Both the position numbers and the translations under genes were made by a program. A DNA stretch of 24,730 nt, from positions 1 through 24,730 of IMG/VR virus record IMGVR_UViG_3300030116_006519; one strand, written 5' to 3'. Of the stretch, positions 24,723 to 24,730 are shown piece after piece. The notes under the pieces were generated by a model. It was given only the letters and a program-made list of their open reading frames with translations. It had not been told where the DNA came from and searched no databases. This DNA is from a virus. Lineage: Duplodnaviria > Caudoviricetes. Numbering within the stretch: position 1 is the first letter of the stretch; every line of letters begins with the position of its first letter.

Positions 24723-24730
24723 GTTATTGT

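Overview
AT-rich segment of a tailed dsDNA phage genome. The gene content resembles marine proteobacterial podovirus-like phages, but the host is an inference. From left to right it contains: (1) the N-terminus of a serine recombinase and small early-type genes around divergent sigma70-like promoters (TTGCAA-17-TAnnnT); (2) a promoter-driven non-coding region of about 470 bp (2714-3188) holding three tandem copies of a multi-pseudoknot RNA fold, whose stems covary while a UGUGGU loop and an ACCACACUGAA tail stay nearly invariant; (3) Zn-finger paralogs; (4) a minus-strand block with a duplicated two-module ADP-ribosyltransferase-like protein, a 2OG-Fe(II) oxygenase, terminase small subunit, SET-domain protein, ABC-ATPase/GNAT fusion and Toprim primase-VirE helicase, plus a candidate origin; (5) a plus-strand block with SSB-like, DUF3310, a second 2OG-Fe(II) oxygenase and a PD-(D/E)XK nuclease; (6) small hypotheticals, a RHH-like regulator and an HNH nuclease; (7) five large probable virion/ejection proteins that share a short [FYM]xxGGx[VI] motif with the ART protein. 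The best candidate for an undescribed system is the tandem pseudoknot RNA array; the second is the GG-motif putative cargo signal linking ART effectors to virion proteins. All calls come from motif reading by eye; no database searches were run.
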